A stretch of DNA of 64,000 bases from Ranitomeya imitator (taxonomy: Eukaryota): positions 545,724,001 through 545,788,000 of the forward strand of contig NC_091286.1 of assembly GCF_032444005.1 (NCBI RefSeq), in the 5' to 3' direction. Positions within the stretch are counted from its first letter, which is position 1; each line of letters opens with the position of its first letter. Made by a program: the position numbers and the translations under genes. Under the pieces are notes generated by a model. The model made no database searches and was not told the origin of the DNA. It saw nothing but the letters and a program-made list of their open reading frames with translations. Positions 11,860-23,196 of this stretch are shown here, piece after piece.

Positions 11860-13830
11860 ATTTAGTCCCCTATCCCCCCCGTCACTTCATCTGCAGTCCC
11901 CCTTACTTCATCATTTGCAGCCCCCTATCATTTCATCATGTGCAGAACCCCCTCAAACACACTTCATCATCTGCAGTCCCTATCACTCCCACATCATTAC
12001 CTATCCCCATCCCCCCCACATCATTTGCAATTCCCATCACCCCCACATCATTTGCAGTCCCCATCTCCCACATCATCATTTGCAGTCCCCATCACCCCCA
12101 CATCATTTGCAGTCCCCATCACCCCCACATCATCATTTGCAGTCCCCCCACATCATTTGCAGTCCCCATCACCCCCCATCATCATCTGCAGTCCCCATCA
12201 CCCCCACATCGTTTGCAGTCCCCCAACATCATTTGCAGTCCCCATCACCCCCACATCATCATTTGCAGTCTCCATCACCCCCACATCATTTGCAGTTCCC
12301 ATCACCCCCACATCATTTGCAGTCCCCATCACCCCCACATCATTTGCAGTCCCCATCACCCCCACATCATCATTTGCAGTCCCCCAACATCATTTGCAGT
12401 CCCCATCACCCCCACATCATCATTTGCAGTCTCCATCACCCCCACATCATTTGCAGTCTCCATCACCCCCACATCATTTGCAGTTCCCATCACCCCCACA
12501 TCATTTGCAGTCCCCATCACCCCCACATCATCATTTGCAGTCCCCCCACATCATTTGCAGTTGCCATCACCCCCACATCATCATTTGCAGTCCCCATCAC
12601 CCCCACATCATCATTTGCAGTCCCCCAACATCATTTGCAGTCCCCATCACCCCCACATCATCATTTGCAGTCCCCCAACATCATTTGCAGTCCCCATCAC
12701 CCCCACATCATCATTTGCAGTCTCCATCACCCCCACATCATTTGCAGTCCCCATCACCCCCACATCATTTGCAGTCCCCATCACCCCCACATCATCATTT
12801 GCAGTCCCCCAACATCATTTGCAGTCCCCATCACCCCCACATCATCATTTGCAGTCCCCCAACATCATTTGCAGTCCCCATCACCCCCACATCATCATTT
12901 GCAGTCTCCATCACCCCACATCATTTGCAGTCTCCATCACCCCCACATCATTTGCAGTTCCCATCACCCCCACATCATTTGCAGTCCCCATCACCCCCAC
13001 ATCATTTGCAGTCCCCATCACCCCCACATCATCATTTGCAGTCCCCCAACATCATTTGCAGTCCCCATCACCCCCACATCATCATTTGCAGTCTCCACCA
13101 CCCCCACATCATTTGCAGTCCCCATCACCCCCACATCATCATTTGCAGTCCCCCAACATCATTTGCAGTCCCCATCACCCCCACATCATCATTTGCAGTC
13201 CCCCAACATCATTTGCAGTCCCCATCACCCCCACATCATCATTTGCAGTCTCCATCACCCCATCATTTGCAGTCTCCATCACCCCCACATCATTTGCAGT
13301 TCCCATCACCCCCACATCATTTGCAGTCCCCATCACCCCACATCATCATTTGCAGTCCCCCAACATCATTTGCAGTCCCCATCCCCCCCACATCATCATT
13401 TGCAGTCCCCATAACCCCCACATCATTTGCAGTCCCCATCACCCCCACATCATTTGCAGTCCCCCAACATCATTTGCAGTCCCCATCACCCCCACATCAT
13501 CATTTGCAGTCCCCATAACCCCCACATCATCATTTGCAGTCCCCATCACCCCCACATCATTTGCAGTTCCCATCACCCCCACATCATCATTTGCAGTCCC
13601 CATCACCCCCACATCATCATTTGCAGTCCCCCCACATCATTTGCAGTCCCCATCACCCCCACATCATCATTTGCAGTCCCCTATCCCCCCTTCACTTCAT
13701 CTGCAGTCCCCCTTACTTCATTTGCAGCCCCAATCATTTCATGTGTAGTACCCCCTCAAATACACTTTATCATTTGCAGCCCCCTATTATTTCATCATGT
13801 ACAGTACTCCCTAAAACACACCCCATCATC
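11860..13830. repeat. C-rich 20-30-bp minisatellite (CATCATTTGCAGTCCCCATCACCCCCA)
   Basis: About 1.9 kb of tandem variants; it generates stop-free pseudo-ORFs in all three plus frames. Confidence 0.95.
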
Positions 13831-15984
13831 TGCAGTCTCACTCCCCCCCACCTCACCTATTAAAAAAACAAAAATGTTTTTTATACTTACCTCAGTCGTT
13901 CCCGGGGCGTTTAGTGTTTCCAGCAGTGAAGCAGCAGCTAGAATGTATGTGCTGCTGAGAGGACCTGACAGGAGCCCCTACATTCTAGCACATTCACTAC
14001 TGAGACGGCTAGAATGTATGGGCTGTAGTCAGGACCTGCAGGGAGCCCATACACTCTAGCCACAGCCGAGCAGGAGCTGTGCAGCCGACTAGGTGAGACG
14101 GCCGTGCACAGCTCCAAAAAGGCTCCCGGGCCCCAGCGCCGCAGTGCACAGTATTTTACTACATGATGGGGCCCGATCAGTAGAAGCACAACAGTGGGGC
14201 CCCGGATCTGCGGGCCCCTCTGTGTACTGCTGCTGACCGGGCCCCATACAGCAGTAATGGCTGTAATGCCCTGATGGCGGCCCTGGTATTTATTCTTAAC
14301 GGTGATGGCGTTAAGACCCCTGTAGTCTATGCATGGACGCAATTCCCCACTCTTCTTCTGCACGAAGAAGAACCCTGCCCCAGCAGGTGACACTGACTTC
14401 CTGATGAACCCTCTTGCCAGATTTTCCTGGATGTACTGTGACATTGCCTCCGTGTCCGGGAGAGATAGCGGATAGACTCGACCCTGAGGAGGCTCAGCAC
14501 CAGGCAAGAGGTCAATAGGACAGTCATAGGGGCGATGGGGCGGAAGGGTCTCCGCCGCCTTTTTGGAGAATACGTCTGCATACGACCAATACTGCTTGGG
14601 GAGAGAGGAAAGATCTGCGGGTACCTCAGTTGTAGCTACCTGAACGCACTCCCTCTGATACCTACCCCCACAAGATTCACCCCATCCCAGAATTCTGCCT
14701 GAGGACCACTCGATATGAGGAGAGTGGTACCGTAGCCAAGGTATTCCCAACAGGATCTCATCAATTCCCTCTGAAATGACGAGCAGAGAAATAATCTCCT
14801 GATGAGATGGCGACATGGACAGAGTAAAAGGGATGGTCTGGTGAGTTATCTGTGAGGGCAGAGTCGACCCATTCACCACTCGTACCGTTACAGGTTGAGC
14901 TAGCATAACCAGAGGTATTGCGTGGCGTTGGGCGAAGGCAGAACACATAAAATTGCCCTCCGCCCCAGAATCCACGCAGAGCTCTACCGAGTGGGAGAAT
15001 GAGCCTATGGTAATTGTCCCCTTAAAGGACAATTTAGAGGCAAACGTCGCCGTGTCTAGTGTACCTCCACCTACGACCACTAGACGCTGACGTTTCCTCG
15101 ACCGCTGAGGACATCTGGTGGCTAAATGTCCAGACTGCTGGCAAACATGACAGACCCTGAGTGCACAAGCGGTCCGGGACTTAGGTCCCGCTTGTGACAC
15201 TTCCCTGGCCTCATGTGACTCAGGAACCAGGACTGGAGATTCCAGAGGTTTGGCGAAAGTAGGAGCCAGCCGAAACCTCTGCCTACACTGGGCTCGCTGT
15301 AACCTCCGCTCGTTAAAACGGAGGTCATTTCGAGTGGAGACTGTTATTAACTCCTCCAGTGTGGCAGGAATCTCCTTAGTGGCCAGAGCGTCCTTTACAT
15401 GGTCAGCCAAGCCCCTCCAGAATATGGGGATAAGAGCTTTATCCGACCATTCCAGCTCAGATGCTAAAGTGCGGAATTGGACGGCAAAATGACTGACCAA
15501 GGACTCACCCTGAGTTAATGCCAGCAGTTGGAGCGCAGTGTCATGGGTGACTTGAGGTCCTAGAAAGACCTGTTTTAAAGTGCTCAAAAACAGAGGAGCA
15601 CTCTGCACCACATGATCGCCACGCTCCCACAGCGGCGTAGCCCATTCCAACGCCCTGTCCGACAAAAGAGACACAATAAATCCCACCTTAGCCCGCTCTG
15701 TGGGGAAACGTGCAGCCAGAAGCTCGAGATGAATAGAGCACTGACTCACGAATCCCCTACAAAATTTGCTATTACCAGAAAATTTTTCTGGCAGCGGGAG
15801 GCGAGAAAATGTCGGAACAGGGGTGGCAATGGACAAAGTTGCTGCAGCCACGCTGGCAGCCTGTACAGCAACTGCGGTAACATCCACAGCTGAGGTTGCG
15901 CTCTCGAGAGCCGCCAACCTACCCTCCAGCTGCTGTATATACCGCAGGGATTGCTGTTTGTCCGTCATCACTAGCCAGACCCTG

Positions 15985-15995
15985 GCGCTAGTGTA
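15985..15995 (-). promoter_or_regulatory. Self-priming primer-binding site (minus strand TACACTAGCGC)
   Basis: Lies 1 nt inside the 5' LTR boundary, lacks the TGG of a tRNA PBS, and is exactly complementary to LTR positions 16564-16574. Confidence 0.8.
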
Positions 15996-15996
15996 A

Positions 15997-16973
15997 TGAT
16001 AGGGCTAGCGGAACGCACCAAATAATAAGACTGATAGTGTACGGTGCGTTCGTAGCCCGGGGTCCACCGTGCAGAGAAGGAACCTGCTGCTGAGTAATGA
16101 CGGACTATATGGCGGTACTCATAAGTATACTCGCGTGGGTTAAACTTCACCCAACGTGAAGGAAGCGATCCTGTTGCGTCACAGGATCGCGGTACCGCAC
16201 ATAGAAGGCGAGCAAGCAGTCAGCGAACTTAACCCCAACTAGGATTGAAGTCCGATTAGACCACTTGCTGACACAACACCGCAACAGGGTGTGTTAGGCA
16301 ACTCTTATAATTAGAGCACCGAAGTGCGAACTGTGCCGTGCTGGCAGGCACCACTAAGCACCCAGACGTGGGTCAGGAAGCGCACTACTGGCGCGTGGCG
16401 CCGCACTGGCGGTCACAGCAACAGACGCTGATACGTGTGTGACACGTTGAGTGATTTGTCGGGCGCTAGATAGCAGCCATACTCCATACGCGAACAGTCA
16501 TACAATAGGGTAGGGGTATTTAATGAACGACTTGCACTCACAACAAACACACGTATTCAATTGTACACTAGCGCATGGCCGTGCGGTCATGCGCAGTTTA
16601 TATAGTTGCAGCACAGGAAGTGGCCACAGAAACTTTGCCCTTCCAAGACCTGCCAAGAGGTCCAATGGAATGTGCTGCAGAGCCTGAGCACATGACCCTC
16701 GATCTCCAACGGGAGATCTTGCCCTGGGCATGCTCAGTGTGCGCAAACAAGGACTTAGTCCCAGGAAGGTCCGCTCGCCGCTGACCAGCACTGACTTTAA
16801 TGGCAGGAGCTGAAGAAGCAGCAGTAACTCTCTGTACAGAGTGAGAGCGAGCAAGACACTGGGAGCGACGTCCCCGCTGAGCAGACTCCACTGCGGCCGG
16901 AGGAGAATGGGAGACCGCAACGGAGATGGATCGAGATTCCCCCTGTGCAGCAGAGGAAACTCGACTCCTAACA
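15997..16973 (-). repeat. Gypsy 5' LTR with TATATAAA box (16604-16597)
   Basis: 977-bp near-identical copy of 6568-7544. Confidence 0.95.
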
Positions 16974-17875
16974 CCATGCATAACGCCTTTTTGTATGACC
17001 AAACAACTCAATCTTGGTTTCATCAGTCCATAGGACCTTCTTCCAAAGAAATTGGCTTCTCCAAATGTGCTTTTGCATACCTCAGCCGACTCTGTTTGTG
17101 GCATGCTTGCAGAAACGGCTTCTTTCGCATCACTCTCCCATACAGCTTCTCCTTGTGCAAAGTGCATTGTATAGTTGACCGATGCACAGTGACAACATCT
17201 ACAGCAAGTTGATGCTGCAGCTCTCTGGAGGTGGTCTGAGGATTGTCCTTGACTGATCTCACCATTCTTCTTCTCTGCCTTTCTGATGTTTTTCTTGGCC
17301 TGCCACTTCTGGCCTTAACAAGAACTGTACCTGTGTTCTTCTATTTCCTTACTATGTTCCTCACAGTGGAAAATGACAGGTTAAATCTCTGAGACAGCTT
17401 TTTGTATCCTTCCCCTGAACATCTATGTTGAATAATGTTTGTTTTCAGATCATTAGACAGTTGTTTTGAGGAGCCCATGATGCCACTCTTCAGGGGAGAT
17501 TCAAACAGGAGAACAACTTGCAAGTGGCCACTTTAAGTAGCTTTTCTCATGATTGCATACACCTGGCTATGAAGTGCAAAGCTCAATGAGGTTAGAGAAC
17601 CAAAAAAAGTACTTTAGTAAGTCAGTAAAAAGTAGGTAGGAGTATTTAAAACAAGAAAATGATAAGGGTGCCCACACTTATGCACCTGTCAAATTTTGTT
17701 TGAATGCAGATTGCACATTTTCTGTTAGTACAATAAACCTCATTTCAAGGCAGAAACATTACTGTGTCCAACAGTAATTAGATATATGAAACTGAAATAG
17801 CTGTTGCAAAAAAAAAAAACAATTTTTATAAAACATTAAGCTTAAGATTAATAGGGGTGCCCAAACTTTTTCATA

Positions 17876-17882
17876 TACAGTA
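17876..17882. other. Tc1/mariner excision footprint TA-CAG-TA inside the right TIR
   Basis: The left TIR predicts TCATA-TA-ACTG; the right TIR reads TCATA-TA-CAG-TA-ACTG. Confidence 0.75.
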
Positions 17883-18727
17883 ACTGTATTTCTTTAATCC
17901 CGAGGCGATCTTTCTATCATTAATATAGATTCCCTCGGGTGGTAGTCAGGCCTGTGTTTTTTGTACTATTATCTTTTATATTTATTTGTCACACTTTTTC
18001 TTGTTTTTGTTGCGCACACTGTGTCACCTTCATTTGGTAGATAATTGGTTTTTTTTGTTTTATCAACTCAATAAAAGTTATATTTTAGAGAGGGTTTTCT
18101 AGCAGTAAGCAGGTGTTTCTTACCCTTTAATACATTGGATATTTGTAAGACTACAGTATTATTCCTCTTACAGTTCCTCGAATAGTATGACGCCCCATAC
18201 AGTCCCCCACACAGTATTATGGTCATCGTGCAGCATCTGGACTGATGCTCAGTGCAGCAGGTGCAATCTAGTGACATCTTCACTCGCTACACTGAGTCTA
18301 TGACACTGATTTATTAACCCCAACATACCGTATGACTCTCCATGCCCTTAATTTATGGACTTTATTCCTAGAGAATTAACTTTTTGCCTCTTGTATATTT
18401 TTAATGATAACTATGGTAATTTAAAAAAAGCAAAAAGAAATGAACCAGTAATGTAAAATATGTGTTGTGTAGTCATTTTAATGTAGACAGAAGGATTCAC
18501 AAATTAACAATGAAAATGTAATTCACAGAAGTGACCACAAGAGGGAGCAAATTATTCTTATTATTATTATTATTATTTATATAGCGCCATTAATTCTATG
18601 GGAGCAAATATAGCACTACATACAGGAAATTGGCAGTATTTAGGATAAAGTCCAACTGTTCTTCATGTTCTTTATACTTTCTATTACAGTATATCTGGTT
18701 CAAATCTTGAAAAGTAAATTTCCTTTT

Positions 18728-18742
18728 TTATGCTTGATCAGG
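18728..18742 (-). CDS. tm4sf18: TM4SF18 coding exon 5 (PDQA*)
   Basis: Pyrimidine tract plus GCAG acceptor, then CCT GAT CAA GCA TAA in phase 0; matches the short terminal exon expected for this family. Confidence 0.75.
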   Translation of the reverse strand, partial: PDQA

Positions 18743-19207
18743 CTGCAAAAGAAACATTATTATCATAATTATCATTACATATTATATAGATAGATCTTAA
18801 AGGAGTTGTCAACCTTATTTTTTCTAAAGGTCACCCCTCCCATCCCCCCTCCAGAAAAAGAAGTGATATTCAGCACCTTGAATCCCCTACATTTTCAGTT
18901 CTGATGCTGCCATTCTCCACTTCATGCTGCTGTAATGAAGTCCAGACAGGGGAACATGTGACTAACAGCAACCAATCAATAGCTGAGATATGTCAGTGAT
19001 TGGCTGAGCAATCATTTCCTTTATGTTAAGGAGTAGAAAGATGCAAAAACCAGAGAGGGACACCTGAAAGCATCAGAATGAGAGCAGGGGGAGCAATGAG
19101 GTGAGAATATTCAATAATGGCCATACTAACCATTTTTTTTTATTCTAAAGTGAACAAGCATTTTCATTTTTAATAGTTGATGTTGAAAATTCAATTAATA
19201 TTGTTAC

Positions 19208-19388
19208 CTGTGCTAAAATCTTATGCGTCCCACACAAGGCGATCATACAATCATGTATGGCTTTACAGAAGCAAATCATCACTTGAAGGGCACTGAGTGC
19301 AATTAGGATGGAGAATAAAATGATGTTCCACTCCACAACCTTGCTTGGTTCTAGACACTGAGACCAGGAGGAATAATCCACAAGGTAC
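19208..19388 (-). CDS. tm4sf18: TM4SF18 coding exon 4
   Basis: YLVDYSSWSQCLEPSKVVEWNIILFSILIALSALQVMIC...ILAQ; AG acceptor in phase 2, GTAAC donor; 181 nt. Confidence 0.93.
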
Positions 19389-19434
19389 CTGGAATAAAAC
19401 ATTAATATATCACTGAAAGCACAGAATATAAACA

Positions 19435-21165
19435 CAATGGGGAAAAAAGTATTTAGTCAGTCACCAATTGTGCAAGTTCTCCCACTTAAAAAGATGAGAG
19501 AGGCCTGTAATTGACATCATAGGTAGACCACAACTATGAGAGTCAAAGTGAGAGAACAAATCCAGAAAATCACCTTATCTGATTTGGAGAAATTTATTTT
19601 GCTAATTATGGTGGAAAATAAGTATTTGGTCATTAACAAAAGTTAATCGCAATATTTTGTTATATATCCTTTGCTGGCAATGACAGGGGTCAAACGTTTT
19701 CTGTAAGTCTTCACAAGGTTGGCACACACTGTTGGTGGTATGTTGGCCCATTCCTCCATGCAGATCTTCTCTAGAGCAGTGATGTTTTGATCCTGTCGCC
19801 AGGCAACACGGACTTTCATCTCCCTCCAAAGCTTTTCTATGGGGTTGAGATCTGGAGACTGGCTAGGCCGCTCCAGGACCTTCATATGCTTCTTTTGAAG
19901 CCACTCCTTCGTTGCCCTGGTGTGCTTGGGATCATTATCATGCTGAAACACCCCGCCACGTTTCATCTTCAATGTCCTTGTTGATGGAAGGAGGTTTGCA
20001 ATCAAAATCTCATGATGCATGGGCCATTCATTCTTTTATGTACACGTATCCGTCGTTTTGGTCCCTTTGCAGAGAAATAGCTCCAAAGCAAGATTTTGCC
20101 ATCCCCATGCTTCACAGTAGATATGGTGTTCTTTGAATGCAACTCTGCATTCTGTCACCTCCAAACACGACGAGTTTTGATTCTTCCAAACAGCTCTACT
20201 TTGGTTTCATCACACCTTATGACTTCTCCTAATATTCTTCTGGATAATCCAAATGCTCTCTAGCAAACTTCAGACGGACATTGTATCATACAATTAGGTT
20301 CTGTAGAAGGACGTAGATCTGGGGATTTATTATGATGGAATATAGGCTGAACTGGATGGACAAATGTCTTTTTTCGGCCTTACTAACTATGTTACTATGT
20401 TACTATGTTACTATGTTACATGGACATGCCCTGACAAGCAGGGGGACACGTCTGGCACTGCAGGATCTGAGTCACTGGGGCGTAGTGTGTTACTGATGGT
20501 AGCCTTTGTTACAGTGGTCCCAGCTCTATGCAGGTCATTCACTAGGTTCCCCCGTGTTTTTCTGGGATTTTTACTCACCGTTCTTGTGATCAATTTGACC
20601 CCACGGGGTGAGATCCTGCGTAGAGCCCCATATTGAGGGAGATTATCAGTGGTCTTGTATGTCTTCCATTTTCTTATTATTGCTCCCACAGTTGATTTCA
20701 TCACACCAAGATGCTTGCCTATTGCAGATTCAGTCTTCCCAGCCTGGTGCAGGGCTACAAGTTTGTTTCTGGTTTCTTTCGACAACTCTTTGGTCTTCAC
20801 CAGAGTGGAGTTTGGAGTGTGACTGTTTGAGGTTGTGGACAGGTGGCTTTTATACTGATAATAATTTCAAACAGGCGCCATTACTACAGGTAATGAGTGG
20901 AGGACAGAGGAGCCTCTTCAAGAAGAAGTTACAGGTCTGTGAGAGCCAGAAATCTTGCATGTTTTTAGGTGACCAAATACTTATTCTCCACCATAATTTG
21001 CAAAATAAATCTTGCCAAATCAAACAAGGTGATTTTCTAGATTTTTTCCTCATTTTGACTATCACAGTTGTGGTCTACCTATGATGTAAATTACAGGTCT
21101 CTCTCATCTTTTAAGTGGGAGAACTTGCACAATTGATGGCTGACTAAATACTTTTCCCCCCACAG
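19435..21165 (-). mobile_element. Tc1 transposon (family B, copy 1), defective
   Basis: TIRs CA(G/A)TGGGGAAAAAAGTATTTAGTCAG; transposase fragments MKTKELSK... and FQHDNDPKH...[10 protein letters not shown]; TA at 21166-21167; contains a CR1 3' fragment. Confidence 0.92.
20278..20419 (+). mobile_element. ~140-bp CR1 3' end (3' UTR plus (CTATGTTA)n tail) inserted in the Tc1
   Basis: Near-identical to 1412-1551. Confidence 0.9.
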
Positions 21166-21237
21166 TAGCATGTACAAAATGCAAGGATGAGGCCTCACCT
21201 AGGAATTTACAATTCTAATTCTAAGATATTCAGCGTT

Positions 21238-21905
21238 CAGCTGAGAGTTGGGTACAGCTGAGCTGAGAGTTGAGAGCAGCAGAGCTAAGAGTTGAGAACA
21301 GCTCAGCTGAGAGTTGGGAACAGCTGAGCTAAGAGTTGGGTACAGCTGAGCTGAGAGTTGGGTACAGCTGACCTGAGAGTTGGGTACAGCTGAGCTGAGA
21401 GTTGGGTACAGCTGAGCTGAGAGTTGGGAACAGCTGAGCTAAGAGTTGAGAACCGCTGGGCTGAGAGTTGGGTACAGCTGAGCTGAGAGTAGAGTACAGC
21501 TGAGCTGAGAGTGGGGTACAGCTGAGCTGAGAATTGAGTACAGCTGAGCTGAGAGTTGAGCACAGCTGAGCTGATAGTTGGGTACAGCTGAGCTGAGAGT
21601 AGGGAACAGCTGAGCTGATAGTTGAGTATAGCTGAGCTGAGAGTGGGGTACAGCTGAGCTGAGAATTGAGAACAGCTACGCTGGGAGAGTAGAAGACAGC
21701 TAAACTGAGAGATGGGTACTGCCTAGCTGACAGTTAGGTACAGCTGAGCTGAGAGTGGGGTACAGCTGAGCTGAGAATTGAGAACAGCTGAGCTGAGCGT
21801 TGAGTAAAGCCTAGCTGATAGTTGGGTACAGCTGAGCTGAAAGTTGGGCACAGTTGAGCTGAGAGCTGGGTACAGCTGAACTGAGAGTTGATACAGGTAA
21901 GCTGA
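21238..21905. repeat. 22-bp minisatellite (CAGCTGAGCTGAGAGTTGGGTA)
   Basis: About 30 visible tandem copies. Confidence 0.92.
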
Positions 21906-23196
21906 GCATGTCATGTGGAACATTATATGGTGACACCATGATCATGTGGGTTTAGTTTTACCTTGGACTATAGGTAAGCATTCTGAAAGGTTTTATATAG
22001 TTAGTACTAGAGTTGAGCGACCTTGACCTTTTTAGAGTCGAGCCGGGTTTCGCGAAACCCGACTATCTCAAAAGTCGGGTCGAGTGAAATCGGCCGATTA
22101 TGACGTAAAGTCGGGATCGACCGAAACACGAAACCCAATGCAATTCAATGGGGCAGCATAGTCGGCAGTAAGTGGGGGCCAGGAAAACACCTAGAGTGCC
22201 CATTTTAATGTCAAAACCATCCATTCTTCTTAATGAAGCTTGTCAAGCGTAATTTACCTTATAATAATTGGAAGGCATTTGAAATTGGGGGTCATTTGGC
22301 TAAAGTTGTGGTGGGTAAGGCTGGTTCAAGTAATTAGTGGGCCCAGGAAATCTGGACCACGTCACGGCAGTGGAGCAGGGAGAGGTAAGTATTTCAACTT
22401 TGCAAGTGCTGTGAACCTGAGCAAGCAGGGGGGGCCCACTCGTTGGCATTGGCACTGGCACAGGGCCCCTCAAAGTACAGCGGTGTGTTTGCACGGCGGG
22501 GGCGCCTCCCACCGGCAGCAACACTTTTGCGTACTATGAGAGGCCCTGTGCCAGTGACGTCGCCAACTAGTATTCCTCCCCCCACCTGATGAAGGAACCT
22601 GCACTTTCATCTGCACCTTCCTCTTTGTCCCCGTGTAAGGTGGTATGGTATGCGGGAAGAGCAACCTGACTTTCAGCAGGGTCACAATGTTGTTGTGTAG
22701 CGTGCACGGGGAATGTTGCGTTATGGGTCAATGTATCAGCAGACTCATCTATCACTGGCTGGGCAATGGGCAGGATGAGGAGGAAACACAGATATAGGCC
22801 CAAATAATAAAGTGGGCTAAATGCAGTTCAAAATTGGTAACACAGGAATAACCAGGGGGCATTGCAGTGGAGGACAACTGGAATGAGAGGCTGACACAGA
22901 GAGTAGGCCCAAATCAGTAAGTAGTCGAAATGCAGTTCAAAATTGGCAACCGTAGTAAACAGGCGGCACAGCTTTGTTCAGTGGAGGAGAACAGCAAGGA
23001 GTGGCAGACACCGATAGTAGGCCCCAACCCAACTAGTAGGCCAAATGCAGTCTAACATTAACAACTACTTAACGAGCGCCTGAAAACGGAATTTCAGGAC
23101 AGGAAACCAGGAGAACAGCAAGGAGCGGCAGACACTGTTAGTAGGCCCCAAACCAACTAGTACGCCAAATGCAGTTGTTCCATTTAACCACAATTT

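Larger units (their letters stand above)
10014..14285. mobile_element. Non-autonomous hAT element (4272 bp) inserted in Gypsy RT
   Basis: 8-bp TSD GTATTTAT (10006-10013 and 14286-14293); TIRs CAGGGCTGCCA / CAGGGCCGCCA. Confidence 0.92.
7557..15971 (-). pseudogene. Gypsy gag-pol (single ORF originally), inactivated
   Basis: Gag CCHC knuckle CHVCQQSGHLATRC, protease VDSGA, RT YLDD, RNase H, integrase HHCC and core, chromodomain [17 protein letters not shown]. Broken by a hAT insertion at KNKY (10014-14285), a +1 frameshift near 9255-9257, TAG at 8735-8733 and TGA at 8270-8268. Confidence 0.93.
6568..16973 (-). mobile_element. Ty3/Gypsy chromovirus (sushi/Tf1-like) LTR retrotransposon
   Basis: Two 977-bp LTRs, 5-bp TSD CCATG (6563-6567 and 16974-16978), gag-PR-RT-RH-IN-chromodomain order. 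Confidence 0.96.
6095..17478 (-). pseudogene. Tc1 transposase, disrupted (N-terminal part 17478-16979, C-terminal part 6562-6095)
   Basis: MGSSKQLSNDLK... ends at a premature TAG; frameshift near RKKPFL...HLEKP; C-terminal FQQDNDPKH...EWSKIP...GGSAKY with a deletion removing the WPSQSPDL motif. Confidence 0.9.
5865..17886 (-). mobile_element. Tc1/mariner IR/DR transposon (family A), split by a Gypsy insertion
   Basis: ~215-bp TIRs beginning CAGTTATATGAAAAAGTTTGGGCACCC with inner direct repeats; TA at 5863-5864 and 17887-17888. Confidence 0.93.

Noticed and set aside
11654-13748. Long His/Pro/Ser-rich ORFs (586, 644 and 526 aa)
   Set aside because: Open in all three frames because the minisatellite lacks stop codons; they lie inside a TSD-bounded hAT.
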